This document shows, in pieces, positions 1-12,600 of a DNA stretch of 64,000 bases. The stretch's first letter is position 1. Every line of letters starts with the position of its first letter. Made by a program: the position numbers and the translations under genes. The notes beneath the pieces are model-generated. The model did not search any database. It was not told where the DNA came from and worked only from the letters and a program-made list of their open reading frames with translations. This stretch comes from Peribolospora baueri (Eukaryota), in NCBI GenBank assembly GCA_029717555.1, contig JAMDHS010000027.1, positions 62,001 through 126,000 on the forward strand, written 5' to 3'.

Positions 1-691
1 CGCGGTGGCGGCGGCGGCAGTGACGGCGACGGGGATGCGGACGAGCGTTTCTGGCATCGAGCCTTCGGGGTTTTCGACGGCTGGAGGAGAGAGAGGGATA
101 CGATAGACAGGACGGGACGCGCGGGGTTAGGAAGCAATAGTCAGCCCGTCGCGTCGCGCTGGGTTGGAAGAAGCGGCGACGACGACGGTCTCGGCCGCTC
201 AAGCCGGATTACGGGAACTTACTCTGCGCTATTCGCATGGCGCGAAAGATGCCCTGCCAGCTCGCGAGGACGGAGGCGACGGCTGATAAGGAGGAGAGAG
301 GGAAACGGAGGGTTAGTCAGTCAGTCAGTCACTCAGTCGATCATTGGTCGGCCGAGTCGAGGTGGAAGATTTCGATTCAAGAGACCAGCTACGAGTAGTA
401 CGAGGTCGGGCGGGCCTCGCCAAACGCCTCTGCCACTTTGCTTAAAGCCAGCGAAGGACCGATCGACCGACCGGACAACTCACCTTGGCCGCCGTCGGCC
501 AAAACGTCCATTTCGTCGCCCAACCGCTCGACCTTGCTTACGAGCTGAGCGCTGGCCTCCTTGAGCGCCAAAAGCCCCTCCAGCTCCCGTTGCTTCTCTT
601 GAATCCGACTGGACGCCGAGGTGTGCGAGGCGCCCGCGCCTGCGAAACCGCCTACCGAGCTGTACGTCGATGGGCGAGGAAACTGGGACAT
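1..691 (-). CDS. DAD2: DASH/Dam1 kinetochore complex subunit Dad2, 3' end beyond the window; exons 691-484, 282-223, 80-<1
   Basis: Spliced translation MSQF...RIQEKQRELEGLLALKEASAQL...MDVLADGGQ|AVASVLASWQGIFRAMRIAQ|TVENPEGSMPETLVRIPV. The LADG-x-AVASVLA-x-W and PETLVRIP motifs are typical of Dad2. Donors are GTGAGT and GTAAGT with CAG acceptors. Confidence 0.85.
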
Positions 692-1077
692 GGTCTCGAT
701 GGTGAGGCGACGACCGGGCGACGACGACTGATGATGGCCGACGCGTCGTCCACCTCATCCGCGCGACGCGAGGCTGCCGCAGCAAGGACGAGAGCTCGCT
801 CCTGCCCAGCGCCGATCACGATGCTCATTCCCAAGATGACGACGGCGCCTTCGAATTGCAATCGGTCCCCGTCGGCGACGGTCGCACACTACATGAGTAC
901 AAACAGACAACAGACAGACTGGCAGCTAGAGTACATCGTGGCTTAACAACGGCCGAGGCAAGAAAAGACGAGCGACGGCGCGGAAAGAGAAAGTATAAGA
1001 TATAAAAAAAACACATGTGCCGGGCTGCACTGCTAATGGGCACCTCCATCCGGCCACATTGCCAACCTATCATATCA

Positions 1078-4000
1078 TTACCGTCGCCCCCACCCTCCTC
1101 TCCCTCTCATCCACTCTCCCCTGCCACTCCGGCCCATCCAACCGCCGCCTCGTCCTGGAGGTGGAGGCGCGCTAAGACGGTCGCTTCCTCCGCTCCCGAC
1201 GTCCCTGGGATCCCGACCCATGTTGGCAGGCCCTTTCGGGACGCCTGCGAAATCGCTGATAGAAGGTCCGCCCGTGCCTGCGCTGCCGCCGCTAATGGCC
1301 CCACCGCTCGCTCCGGCATCACCGCTTGCCCTCCTGAGCCCGCCGGGAGGACCTCCTGACGCTCCCACAGACCCTCCTCGGCCGCCTCCCAAAGGAGGCC
1401 TACCTCGAAAACCACCGCCCAATCCTCCGCGCGGACTGAATCCAGGACGAAAGCCGGTGTTGGCAGGATTCTGAAGAGCCCGAGGCGCCCGCGGAGGGTT
1501 GAAGGATCCAAAGCCCCCAGCCCCGGGCGCCGGGCCCGCCGTCGTTGACCCCAGACCACTCGAGCCTCCGCCACCAGCGCCGGCACTGGCGGGACTGGGA
1601 GAACCCCCTGTGTCCGACCCACCACTCCCGATCCCACGTCCGCCGCTGCTGCCGAGAGGCGCAAACCCAGAAGGTCCAGACCGGCCCACGGTTGCGAATC
1701 CACCTCGGCCGAAGCCGCTGCCTCCGTGCCCCCTGCCGTGCGAAGGTTGTGAAGGTGGACCCGGCAGCGGGGCGAGGTGAGGCGGGAGATCTTTTTCCAA
1801 AGGATCGCCCACTGGCTTGCCGACAGGTGGCCTAACGGCCGACTGAGGCGGGAGCGGAGCACGCGCGGGAATCGACGGTGGGCTGCGGCGCGGTGAAGGC
1901 GATAGAGAAGATTGGGTCGATGTTGACATGGACGTAGAGGTGTAAACCGAAGATAGCCCGGCAGGCCCACGTGGTGGGTTGATGGCGGCGGCCTCGACTT
2001 TGTGGACCGATTCCCGTCTTGCGACGGGTCGGACATCGATCGGGGCGATTGATGAGGTGGGAAGATGAGCGTCCTGGGTTGCACTCCTGAAATCCGTCGG
2101 TGCAGCAAAGTAGGAGCTCGGCGTCGGTTGTGAGTGAGGTATGTCCGTTGGCGACCTCGGCACCGGAACCGTTGAGGTCTCTGGAGCCGACGGAGGCAAT
2201 TCCTTCGTCCCCGGAGCAGGTGCGCGTAATGCCGGAGCTTCCGGTGATGGCGACCGGGCGATCGTAAGTGTATCCGAGGTACCAAATGTGACCACTGGGA
2301 AGTAGTCGGTCGAGGGCGGGGCTGTTGAGCGAGACTCGGAGGGGACTTCCGATGCAGGGTCGGCTTTGGACGTATGAGCGGAAAGATGTCCCTCTTGAGT
2401 AACAGGAGTATCAGCAGGTGTCGGCGTTCCGCTTGTGCTCATTTTCGGAGGCTCTTCCGTCATTTCTGGCGTTGGCATGGTTGCCAACTGCGAGACAGAC
2501 AATGAAGCAGGTGTGAGGGGCGTCATGGGCGTCTCGCTAGTCGTTGAGGACCGCCGTTCCGCCAAGCGTTTCTTGTAATCGGCCAATGAGAGTCGTGCCC
2601 GTGGCTCCGGCCTCGGCGGAGGGGGTGGGGTTGGCTCCTTTCGCGTTTCCCTTCGCGCTTCCGCAGATCCAAAACCGGTTCGGACCCCCAGCTGAGCGTC
2701 GTCGGTCTCCATCTTGACGTTATTCGATTCGTTTTCCTTCCGAGCATTGGGCGTCTTCTCTTCCGCAAGTTCACCCTTCCCATCGCTGGAAGACGGTCTT
2801 GAGCTGTCAGCCTTTGACGTGCGGGCCAGTGTCTGCTGCTGGGGCGACGTTTTATGCCCTTTGAGCAGGAGTGAAGCCCCCTGCTGAGGCTTCGAGGTCG
2901 TGTTCTTGGCGGCAGAAGGTTGATGCTCTTCGGTAGAGGAGACTGGGGAGAGTGAAGAAGCTCGTGATGCGACATCGCTGCCTTCCTCATCGTCCTTCTC
3001 GCCATGGCCCTCCGGAGAAGGCACGGACGACAACGGGGAGCTCGGCTCGACTGCCTGGCTTGTCTCCACCTTTCCTTGACTAACACCGCGTCCACTCGAC
3101 TTGGCTTCGGCGAAATTGCCCTTTTTCTTTACCGCAGCGGGCACTCGTACCTCGTCCGTCTCCTCGGCTCCAAGCCTGGCGATCTTGTTCGCCCGTCCAT
3201 TCGTCCCGCCGACCACGCTTCGTCGGCGCTTCCTCGAAGGCGAAATGTCGACAGCGATGGTGTCCTCATCGAAACTGTGCTCCGCAGGAGGAGAGGGCGA
3301 CTCTGGGGCGCGCAATGCTGACCGTCCACGTCGCGTCAACCCGGTCTGTCGACCACGACGTCGGGCGGGCTCTTCATCCTCCTCCGACTCTGACTTATCC
3401 TCGTCAGAATCAATGATTCGTCGGACGACCTTGGTCCGCTTCTTGTTTGCCTTGGTGGGACTCTTGGTCAGGGGTCGGGCCATATCATTACGCTCTGAAT
3501 CGGACTCTTCCTCTCCGCTGAAATGTGTCAGAGGCGCAGTGAGGGTGCTGGCATCAGAGTCTCCTTCCTCCTCTGCTTGTGGAGCCGTGTGGACAGAGCT
3601 ACGCCCCGCGTCAAAGTCATCACCACGGCCTCTCAGCTGGTCAGCCGTTGTCATCTCTGGCACAAGTCCATCATCGACGCCAGCAACACAAGTTGATACT
3701 TCGGTTGCCACTTTCATCTCCGCCGGCGATTTGATCGATTCCCCAGCCGAGGCAATGGCCGCAGCTTCGTCGGCGTCCGATTTTGCTGCCTGAGATGAGC
3801 CATGCGAATCCGGCGAATGGCGGTCTTCTTCGTCCTCAGAGCGTTCCGACTGGGATGCTTCGCTTGACGAATCGGACCCACTCTCGCTTGCCGAAGCCAT
3901 TTCATCGTCAAGAAGGCCCTCGTCGTCCGGGATGGGTTCTGGTTGACCAAGCACCTCTTCCTCCGACCTCCTCTCATCGACGCGCACCGCTGCCCTCGTC

Positions 4001-6333
4001 CAGCCCCTCTTGGCACCTACAAGCGGTCCCAACTCCGGCCGCTTGGGTCTTCGCCCGCCCCGTCCGCTGCCGGGCATGAACACGTTGTACATGGGCGACC
4101 CTTGAGCGACCCGGTGCATCTGCGCGACGGCGCAGTGCTGTTTCTTCTCGCAGGCACAAAGGCATAGGCCCAGAAGCGTCGAGCAAACGGCGGACATGGC
4201 GGTCGAGAAGGGGAGGCCGCGATAAGGTCGGTCAGAGGATGGGTCGATCAAGCCGAAGCGAGACGACTTGAGGTCCCCGGAGTGATGGGTATCGGAGGAG
4301 CCGTGTTCCAAACGATCGCCGCCCACGTCTCGATTACTCTGCAGGAGAGGGTTTTCGAGCAGGTCGAGGAGGAAATGCACAACGTGTCCATCGTCCCATT
4401 CCCATCCCAGCACGATCTCCTCCCGCCGAGGGATATCTCGCAGCGCGAAGATACCAAAGAGCAACTCCGGTGGACTAGTTCCACGAGCAGAAGTGTCGAA
4501 GGACGCACCATGCTCGGATTCTGAAGCGAAGGTGGTGGCGGCCGGAGAACCGGGACCGGAACCGGGCTGAGGTGTCTGAACTTTACTAGAAACGGCGTCG
4601 TAAGTGGAAAAGGCTCCTCGACCGGTGCGTGTGAAGAGAATGGGACGCAAGACGGCGTTTGGGTGGCAACCGAAGCGTGCGAACCGTGACTCAGCACCAA
4701 ACCTGCGCGCGTCGATGGCCATGTTGAGGGGCGGAGGGAAGATGTGAGTGTGAGGTTTCGACGCGCCAAGTCGCCGGTACTGGTTGATAGGGTCGGCGCG
4801 GTACTTGTTGGCGTCCAGCAACTCGCCCTTGTATTCGGCAATGAATGAGCCCGCGGGAATGGAGTGCTCGGAAGCGAAAAGGCCATACGTGGCGGGCCGC
4901 GGGTAGACGCGGGTGGCAGGTAGACGATGGCCGTGGGAAGCCGTTGCGCCGGGAGTAGCAACTGAGGGAAACGTCGTTGTGGAGAGCATTGCCGACGTGT
5001 CTGGGATCTGCTTGACCACCGTCTTGGCAGCCAATTCCGTGAGAGAGGGACCTTCGAGTTCAATGGGCCAGCACTCGTTCCCGGTCACCGTCAGGCCATA
5101 CGCGTCCAATCCGGAAGAGGGCGAGGCTCGCTTGGTCGCGTCAGAACGTACGGAGGAAGCAGGGCTCGCTCGACCGTTGCCTGCTTTGCCGGTCGGCTCT
5201 GACTCCATCGCTTTCCCCGTGCTTGGGCTGATGTGATCTCTCCTCGCCCAAAAATTCATCCCAGATGCCTTCGCCCGCCTGGCCTCCGCCCTATCCTCCC
5301 ACTCGAGCATGCACACCGTCATGGCACCCAAGATGGATCGGTCCACCACCACGTTCTTCGAGATCGGCGTGAATTCAACGTTCCAAGCCTCAGTCCTCTC
5401 CAACGCCTCGAGTACTTCGTCCATCGGGTCCTCCGTCCGCTCGCTTCTTGGCGTAGGAGTAGTCAGTAGTCGAGTCGAGGCGACAACTCCAGCTGGGGGA
5501 TCTGGCCCGTTGCTGGCGCTGCCAGTGAAACGGCGGGCAGGTTTGGCGACACTCGACTTTCGACGGGATTTTGCGTCACGAGCCCCCGTCGATGTGGGGA
5601 GTTCGGGGACGGCGAAGCCGGTGTTCGAGAGATCGATGGGGTGACTCGGTTTCCTGCCCTTCGCCTTACCAAATGCATCGGAATGAACCAGACCAGCATC
5701 CCTCGCAGCAGTGGCGGCGGCTACAAGATGTCGCTTGCTCAGCAACTTCCGCGCCTCTGCTTCGCGGCGTTTGAGTTGGTGTTCGACGGCATATTTCACG
5801 TCGACCGGCCTGGGATCGCACAGTTCGCAAAGCCACTCCTCAGGAACAGAGTTGGAGGACATGCCGAAGCAGGCGCAGTGCTGCCAGACGAAACATCGTT
5901 CGCATTGGATGGTGAAACCGTCGTCGTCGTCGATGGAGCATATGCACCTGGATCACACGCGAGGTAGAAATGAACATAAAGCTCCTTTGACTATTTCCTC
6001 CTATGGATTTACCACTCACCTTATGACGCCCTCATCCTCATCCACCTTTGCCGACGACATTCCATGCACAGGAACAGGCGCGGTGATCGATGGACTCGCA
6101 GCGGTGGCGGCCTTGCTCCCGTCCGTCCCCGATGTCGGCCCGGCGGGTAGGGAAGGTGACGAGGTTGAAGAGCGGGCTGGTGGCGGGGACGTGTGAGGGG
6201 TTGGTTGAGACGATGAGGCAGGCGCGGGCGCGAGGTGGACTGGTGAGTCGGTTGATGAAACCACGGCCGCCGCGGCCGCCGCCGTGGCAGAGAGCATGGC
6301 GAGGGCCTCTGCCGCCGAAGTGGACGAATCCAT
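1078..6333 (-). CDS. SET3: Set3/Set4-like PHD finger + SET domain chromatin protein; exons 6333-6020, 5947-1078
   Basis: Removing intron 6019-5948 gives a PHD finger ([31 protein letters not shown]...WLCELCDPR). SET-like segment YGLFA...FIAEYKGEL...[21 protein letters not shown]...[21 protein letters not shown]. Long low-complexity C-terminus with [10 protein letters not shown] and a Gly/Arg tail. Confidence 0.85.
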
Positions 6334-6525
6334 GGCGGACGCTTGAGGGTGAATGCGCGCCTCGGGCCCGGACGCCGGAAGTGAGGATGATGTCGACGGT
6401 CGACGGCGAAAGTCCCAGGGCCATACGCTCGATGTGTGGTGGTGTGAAGCAGAAGACGAGACTACATGCACCAACGAGGCGATCCACAACCCGACCTTGA
6501 AGGTCACCTGGTCAGGGAGACGCGA

Positions 6526-6558
6526 GTAGGGTTAGGGTTTTTTAACCCTACTAACCCC
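6526..6558. promoter_or_regulatory. Inverted telomere-like (TTAGGG/telo-box) motif in the divergent SET3/BRR2 promoter
   Basis: GTAGGGTTAGGGTTTTTTAACCCTACTAACCCC lies in the 318-bp gap between two head-to-head ATGs. GTAGGGTTA (6526-6534) is the reverse complement of TAACCCTAC (6543-6551). Function is inferred. Confidence 0.45.
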
Positions 6559-6651
6559 GGAAGTTGTGTGATCTCCAGTCGATCGCCACTGGTCCATGCT
6601 TCTGCTGTCACCTCTTCGCCACCGCGACCGACCGCCGAGGACTTTTTCATC

Positions 6652-9600
6652 ATGGGTCCCAAAAAACCTGACCTCTCCGGGTACCAGTACTCGGCGTTGC
6701 ACTCCCTTGTTATCAACACAGGTGCGTTTGCGAAGGTCTTTGACCTGGAGACTGTTTACGCGCACGAACGAACGCGTGAGGTAACTAACCCCTTCGCGAC
6801 CTCCGTGTCCAACAATTTCTCCAGATCGCACCAATCTTCCGCGCGTGGCCAATGAACCAACGGGCGAGCCGGAAACACTGGTGGGGCGGATTGACCCCAA
6901 AGCGATGGGATCGCGGGTGAGGCGGGAAACCATCAAGGATCTGGACAAGAAGAAGAAGAAGGCGGAGCGGGCCGACGCGGACGAGAGCGACCGTGCGTTG
7001 CGGCGGCGCGGTGCGGACCTGGGTCGGACCATGGGAGGGTACACCGACATCCTCCAGGCTACCGCGGACCTTGAAGGGTTGCGATATCGTCCTCGAACAG
7101 CGGAGACGCGACAGGTTTACGAGCTTATGCTCAGCTCCGTTCATCAAGCGCTCGGCGATCAAGCACAAGACGTTGTGCGCAGTGCTACCGACACCATCCT
7201 TGAAGTCCTCAAGACGGATACGCTCAAGGATTTTGACAAAAAGAACGAGATCGAGGATATTGTCGGCTCGCTTTCCTCCGAATCATTCGGACAGCTTCTC
7301 GCGCTGAGCAAGAAGATCACTGACTACGAAGAAGAGGGTGAAGGCGCAGAGAAGGATCCGGACGCGGAGAGGAAAGAGGGGGACTTAGATCAGGAGGGAG
7401 GCGTGGCGGTCATGTTTGAGGACGAGGAAGAGGAGGAGGAAAGCGATGGCGAGGAATATGTCATTCGGGATGAGAGTGACGAGGAGGATGAAGAAGGTGG
7501 CCGAGGCACGCGGGAAGGCGAGGAGGACGTGCCAGAGGAGCAAGACGTTGAAAGAGACGAGCTGGTTATAGGTACCGGCGCTCCGTCTGCCGCCGCACAG
7601 GGCGTTGCCAAGGACGGCCGGCTCTCGGCCCACGAGATTGACCCGTTCTGGCTTCAGCGGAACATTTCGCAGCACTATCCTGACGCCCATGAGGCATCCG
7701 CAAAGACGACGGAGGCTATGGCCATTCTCTCCTCTGAGTCCAACACTCGTGACGTTGAGAACGCGCTCATGGAGCTGACTGATTACGACAAATTCAATCT
7801 CGTCCAGCTGCTCTTGCGCAACCGCGAGCTCATTGTTTGGTGTACGCGTCTCGGTCGCGCGGACGCTGATTCGAGAGTGGATATTGAGGTGACGATGAGG
7901 GAGAAGGGAGTGGGGTGGATCTTGAAGGAGCTACAGGGCCGAGCACCCGGAGATGCCCCTGCCGGCGGCGCATCCAAGAAAGGACCAGTGTTAGGTGAGG
8001 ACGCGATGGATGTGGACCAGGCGAAGGAGCGGGCTCGGAAACTCGCTTCGCGCGCCACCGTCGCGCCGGGGACGACGGTGCAGCCGAAGCGAACGGTCGA
8101 TCTGGACAGCATGGCGTTTAGCCAGGGCGGCCATTTAATGAGCAATTCCAAGGTCAAGCTGCCGGAGGGTAGCTTCAAGAGGAGCATGAAAGGCTACGAG
8201 GAGATTCACGTACCCAACCCCCAACCGCCGAAGACCGAGGACAAGTTGATTCCCATCTCCGAGCTGCCTTTCTGGGCCCAAAAGGCCTTCGGAACGGCAC
8301 CTTCGCTCAACCGCATCCAGTCTCGCGTCTATCCTGTCGCTTTTGGAAAGGACGTGCCTATCCTCCTCTGCGCACCGACCGGCGCTGGAAAGACGAATGT
8401 GGCGATGCTCACCATTCTCAACGAGATGGGCAAGTACCGGGACGAGCAGACGGGCGAGATGGACGTGAGCGCTTTCAAGATCGTCTACATTGCCCCCATG
8501 AAGGCTCTCGTGGCTGAGCAGGCGGCCAACTTCAGAGCTAGGCTGGAGCCCTACGGCATCACTGTCAATGAGCTCACTGGTGACAGCCAGCTCACAAAGC
8601 AACAGATTGCCGAGACACAGATGTAGGTGCTCTTCGCAGACACCCATGCCATTCTCGCCTAGCTTTGTCGAGCGATCATACTCACGTTTGCCTGGTCGTC
8701 GTATTTGTTCAGCATCGTCACCACACCGGAAAAGTGGGACGTCATTTCTCGCAAGTCGACCGATACGTCGTACACCAACCTCGTCCGATTGATCATTATC
8801 GATGAGATCCACCTCCTCCACGACGACCGCGGACCCGTGCTCGAGTCCATCGTTGCGCGCACAATCCGACGGATGGAGCAGATGGGCGACTATGTTCGTC
8901 TTGTCGGTCTCTCAGCCACTCTTCCCAACTACCAAGACGTGGCTACCTTCCTCCGGGTCAATCCCAAGGAGGGACTGTTTTACTTCGATGGAAGCTTCAG
9001 GCCTTGCCCGCTTCGTCAAACCTTCATCGGTGTCACGGAGAAGAAAGCATTCAAGAGGTATCAGGTCATGAACGATGTAGCCTATGAGAAAACGGTCGAA
9101 CAGGTGGAAAAGGGAGATGCGGTTATCACTTTCGTTCACTCGCGGAAGGAGACTGCCAAAACTGGTGAGTTGCCAATGGCTACGACTAACGGTCAATGGG
9201 GTTATTTTAAGTAATTTTTTCGGTCGATGGTCTGCTTTTTTTACAGCCAAGCACATCAAGGACAAGGCGATGGAGAAGGAAACTTTGACGAGTTTTCTTC
9301 CACAATCTGGCGCTTCAAGGGAGATCCTCGCCGAGGAAGCTGAGCGCGCTACAGACCCTAACCTCAAAGAACTTCTGCCGTTCGGTATTGGAATACACCA
9401 CGCCGGCTTGAATCGTGCCGATAGGAGCGTGGTTGAGGCGCTGTAAGTCCTGTTTTGGGCCATAAGCCATTAGCTTTGGGCGTGAGTAAGGCTCACACCT
9501 GCCTTCGTCCCTCGTTTGCTGCCTCCACCAGGTTCGGTGACGGACATCTTCGCTTGATTGTGGCCACCGCCACGCTCGCTTGGGGAGTCAACTTGCCTGC

Positions 9601-12600
9601 ACATTGTGTCATTAGTGAGTTCTCCTGACGTTACCCTTTGCCACTGCATTGTGCTATCAATGCTGATGTGCCTGTTTTGCTTGTGACACGAACCTACGCC
9701 GTCTTGAAGTCAAGGGCACGCAGATTTACAATCCTGAGAAGGGGCGCTGGATGGAATTGAGCCCTCAAGATGTGCTGCAGATGCTTGGTCGTGCGGGTCG
9801 GCCTCAGTACGACACGTTTGGCGAGGGCGTTATCATCACGAACCATACCGAGCTGCAGTACTACCTCAGCCTCATGAACCAGCAGCTGCCCATCGAGAGC
9901 CAGTTTATCTCCAAGTTGGCCGATAACCTCAATGCCGAGATCGTTCAAGGCACAATCAGGAATCGCGATGAGGCTGTCCAGTGGCTCGGATATACGTGAG
10001 TGCATTGATTACTAGAATTGCCTCTGCCGAATCACGCTCACAGCTTCTTGCGTTTTTCACGCTCGCAGGTATCTGTTCGTCCGTATGCTCCGCTCGCCCT
10101 CCCTTTACGGCGTCGGTACCGACTACCAAGAGGATGACCCTCTCCTCGAACAATTCCGCTCCGATGCCGTCCATACCGCAGCGGTGTTACTGGAAAAGAC
10201 GCAGTTGATCAAATACCAGCGTCAGTTGGGTCTGTTCCAGAGCACTGAACTCGGCCGCATCGCTTCGCATTACTACATCGCCCATACATCGATGGCGACG
10301 TATAACAAGCACCTCAAACCCTACCTCAGCCTTGTCGAGCTGTTTAGGGTGTTTGCGCTAAGCGACGAATGTAAGTTTGATGAATACAGTGTGCGTTTTG
10401 TTGGTGTGAACATTCTGCTAATTTATATCGTCTTACTTTTCCTGATTTCCCTTCTAGTTAAATATCAAACCGTACGAGCAGATGAGAAGAACGAACTGCA
10501 GCGTCTTCTCGAGCGCGTGCCCGTCCCTGTGCGCGAGTCATCAGAGGAGCCTATCGCCAAGGTTAACGTCCTGCTACAGACGTATATCAGCAATCTCAAA
10601 CTGGAAGGTTTCGCTCTTGCAGCTGATATGGGTGAGTGATTTGCTCGTCACTGCTTTAGAGGCGCGAACTTAGTTACTCAATTATTCCGTGCCTGCTCGC
10701 TTTTCACAGTGTACATCACGCAAAGCGCCGGTAGATTGCTTCGGTAAGTGCTTGTTCCCGTTCAGCCCATTTATTGTTTGGCATCTCGATGTGCAGAGCC
10801 GCTCTGACCGAATTTGCCGCCCTGCAGCGCTTTGTTTGAGATGGCCGTCAAGCGCGGTTATGCCCGGCTCGCACGATTGACGCTCAGCTTGTGCCAATCT
10901 GTGGAGCGAAGGCAGTGGAGCGTGAGTAGCAGTGGCTGTCACCTGTCGATCGATGTTTGTGGCTTAACGTATGGCTCTCTATTTTGGGTATTCACAGACT
11001 ATGACGCCACTGCGACAGTTCCGTCTGCCGCAGGATCTGATCCGAAGGTGAGCTTTTTTTTCCCTGTCAACCATTCAGGTTCCAGAGCTGATTGGGATTC
11101 TTCACTCTTATCACTCTTATCACATTCATCATAAAGGCTGGAGCGGAAAGAGTTCCCCTTCAACCGCCTCCTCGATCTTGCGCCTAACGAGCTCGGCGAA
11201 CTGGTTGGTGTACCGAAGGCCGGACGGTTATTGCATGAGACCTTGCACAAATTCCCCAAGGTATGCTTTGCATTTCAATGTCGTTCTGCTTCGGGTAAGC
11301 GAGCAAGCGCTAATGCTTTGGATGTGATGACAGCTTGAGCTTCAAGCGTTCGTCCAGCCCCTGACGCCTAGCCTGCTCAAAGTCGGTGAGTATGTGGCGC
11401 TCAGACTACGTGCGTCACAGGGCCTTTGCTGAGAAGTGCAATTGCCGATTCCCTTACCTTCAGATGTGACCATCACGCCGGACTTCCAGTGGGACGAAAA
11501 GTGAGCGTGCCCATATCTCGGGCTATTTATCAGGAGGATATAAGACTGATATATTGTCTGGCTTTCCGACATCCAGAGTGCATGGTACTGCGCAAATGTT
11601 CCACCTGTTTGTCGAGGACCCCGACGGCGAGCAACTTCTATTCGCCGACACGTTTGTGCTGAGACAGCAGTTCAGCGAGGACGAGCACACTATGAGTTTC
11701 ACCGTGCCACTGACCGACCCGCAGCCGCCGGCCTACTACATCTCCATCCTTTCGGTTAGTCTGTCTTGTATTGTCTTTGGGACCGGGCTTTTGTTTACTC
11801 CGACACCCCTTACTTTCTTCACGCAGGACCGTTTCTTGTCTAGCGAGACGAGATTGCCCGTTAGCTTCATGAACCTCATCGTGCCCGCCAAGTTCCCGCC
11901 CCCGACGAAGCTGCTCGATCTTCAGCCCCTGCCCGTGCAGAGCTTGGCCAATAAGGAGTTCGAAGCCCTATACAAGGATCTTACGTCGTTCAATAAGATC
12001 CAGACACAGGTGGTGAGTTTTCGTTAGCCGATGGGCTTTCTATTTTGATGCACCCTGACCGTATCGCCCCTGTCCTGTTCTCAGTTCCATGCTCTTTACC
12101 AAGGAGACGACAACGTCCTTGTGGCGGCACCGTCTGGCAGCGGCAAAATGGTTGCGGCCGAATTCGCGCTTCTGCGTCTTTGGGGTTCCAAGAAGCCTGG
12201 GCGGTCGGTCCTTATCGTTCCTTACCTATCCATGGTCAGCCAGCGCGTGGCCGAGTGGCGTCAAAAGTTCGGACAGGTCCGGGGTGGCAAGACGATCAGC
12301 GGTCTGACCGGCGACACTAGCGCAGACCTGCGATTACTCGAAGAGAGCGATGTGGTCGTGGCGACGCCCGAACAATGGGACGTGCTATCACGCCGATGGA
12401 AGCAGCGCAAGAACGTCCGCGAGGTTTCGCTCTATATCTTCGATGAGGTGCAGCAACTCGGTGACAGTGGTTCGCTGGGAGCCACGTACGAGATGATCGT
12501 GTCTCGTGCGCGATATGTCGTCGCCCAGAGCAAATTCCCGACTCGTATCGTCGCTTTGAGCGTATCCCTGGCCAACGGCGTGCAGCTCGGCGAGTGGATT

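Noticed and set aside
120..335. GGGTTAG motifs and (TCAG)n inside DAD2 resembling telomeric repeats
   Set aside because: On the coding strand they read CTAAC/CTGAC just upstream of acceptors, so they are intron branch-point sequences.
1107..5644. Many long overlapping or antisense ORFs within the SET3-like gene, and similar ones within the bHLH, GLC8 and NUDCD1 genes (e.g. 57864-59243, 38744-39907)
   Set aside because: These are shadow ORFs expected from GC-rich codon usage; they show no motifs and mirror the real frame.
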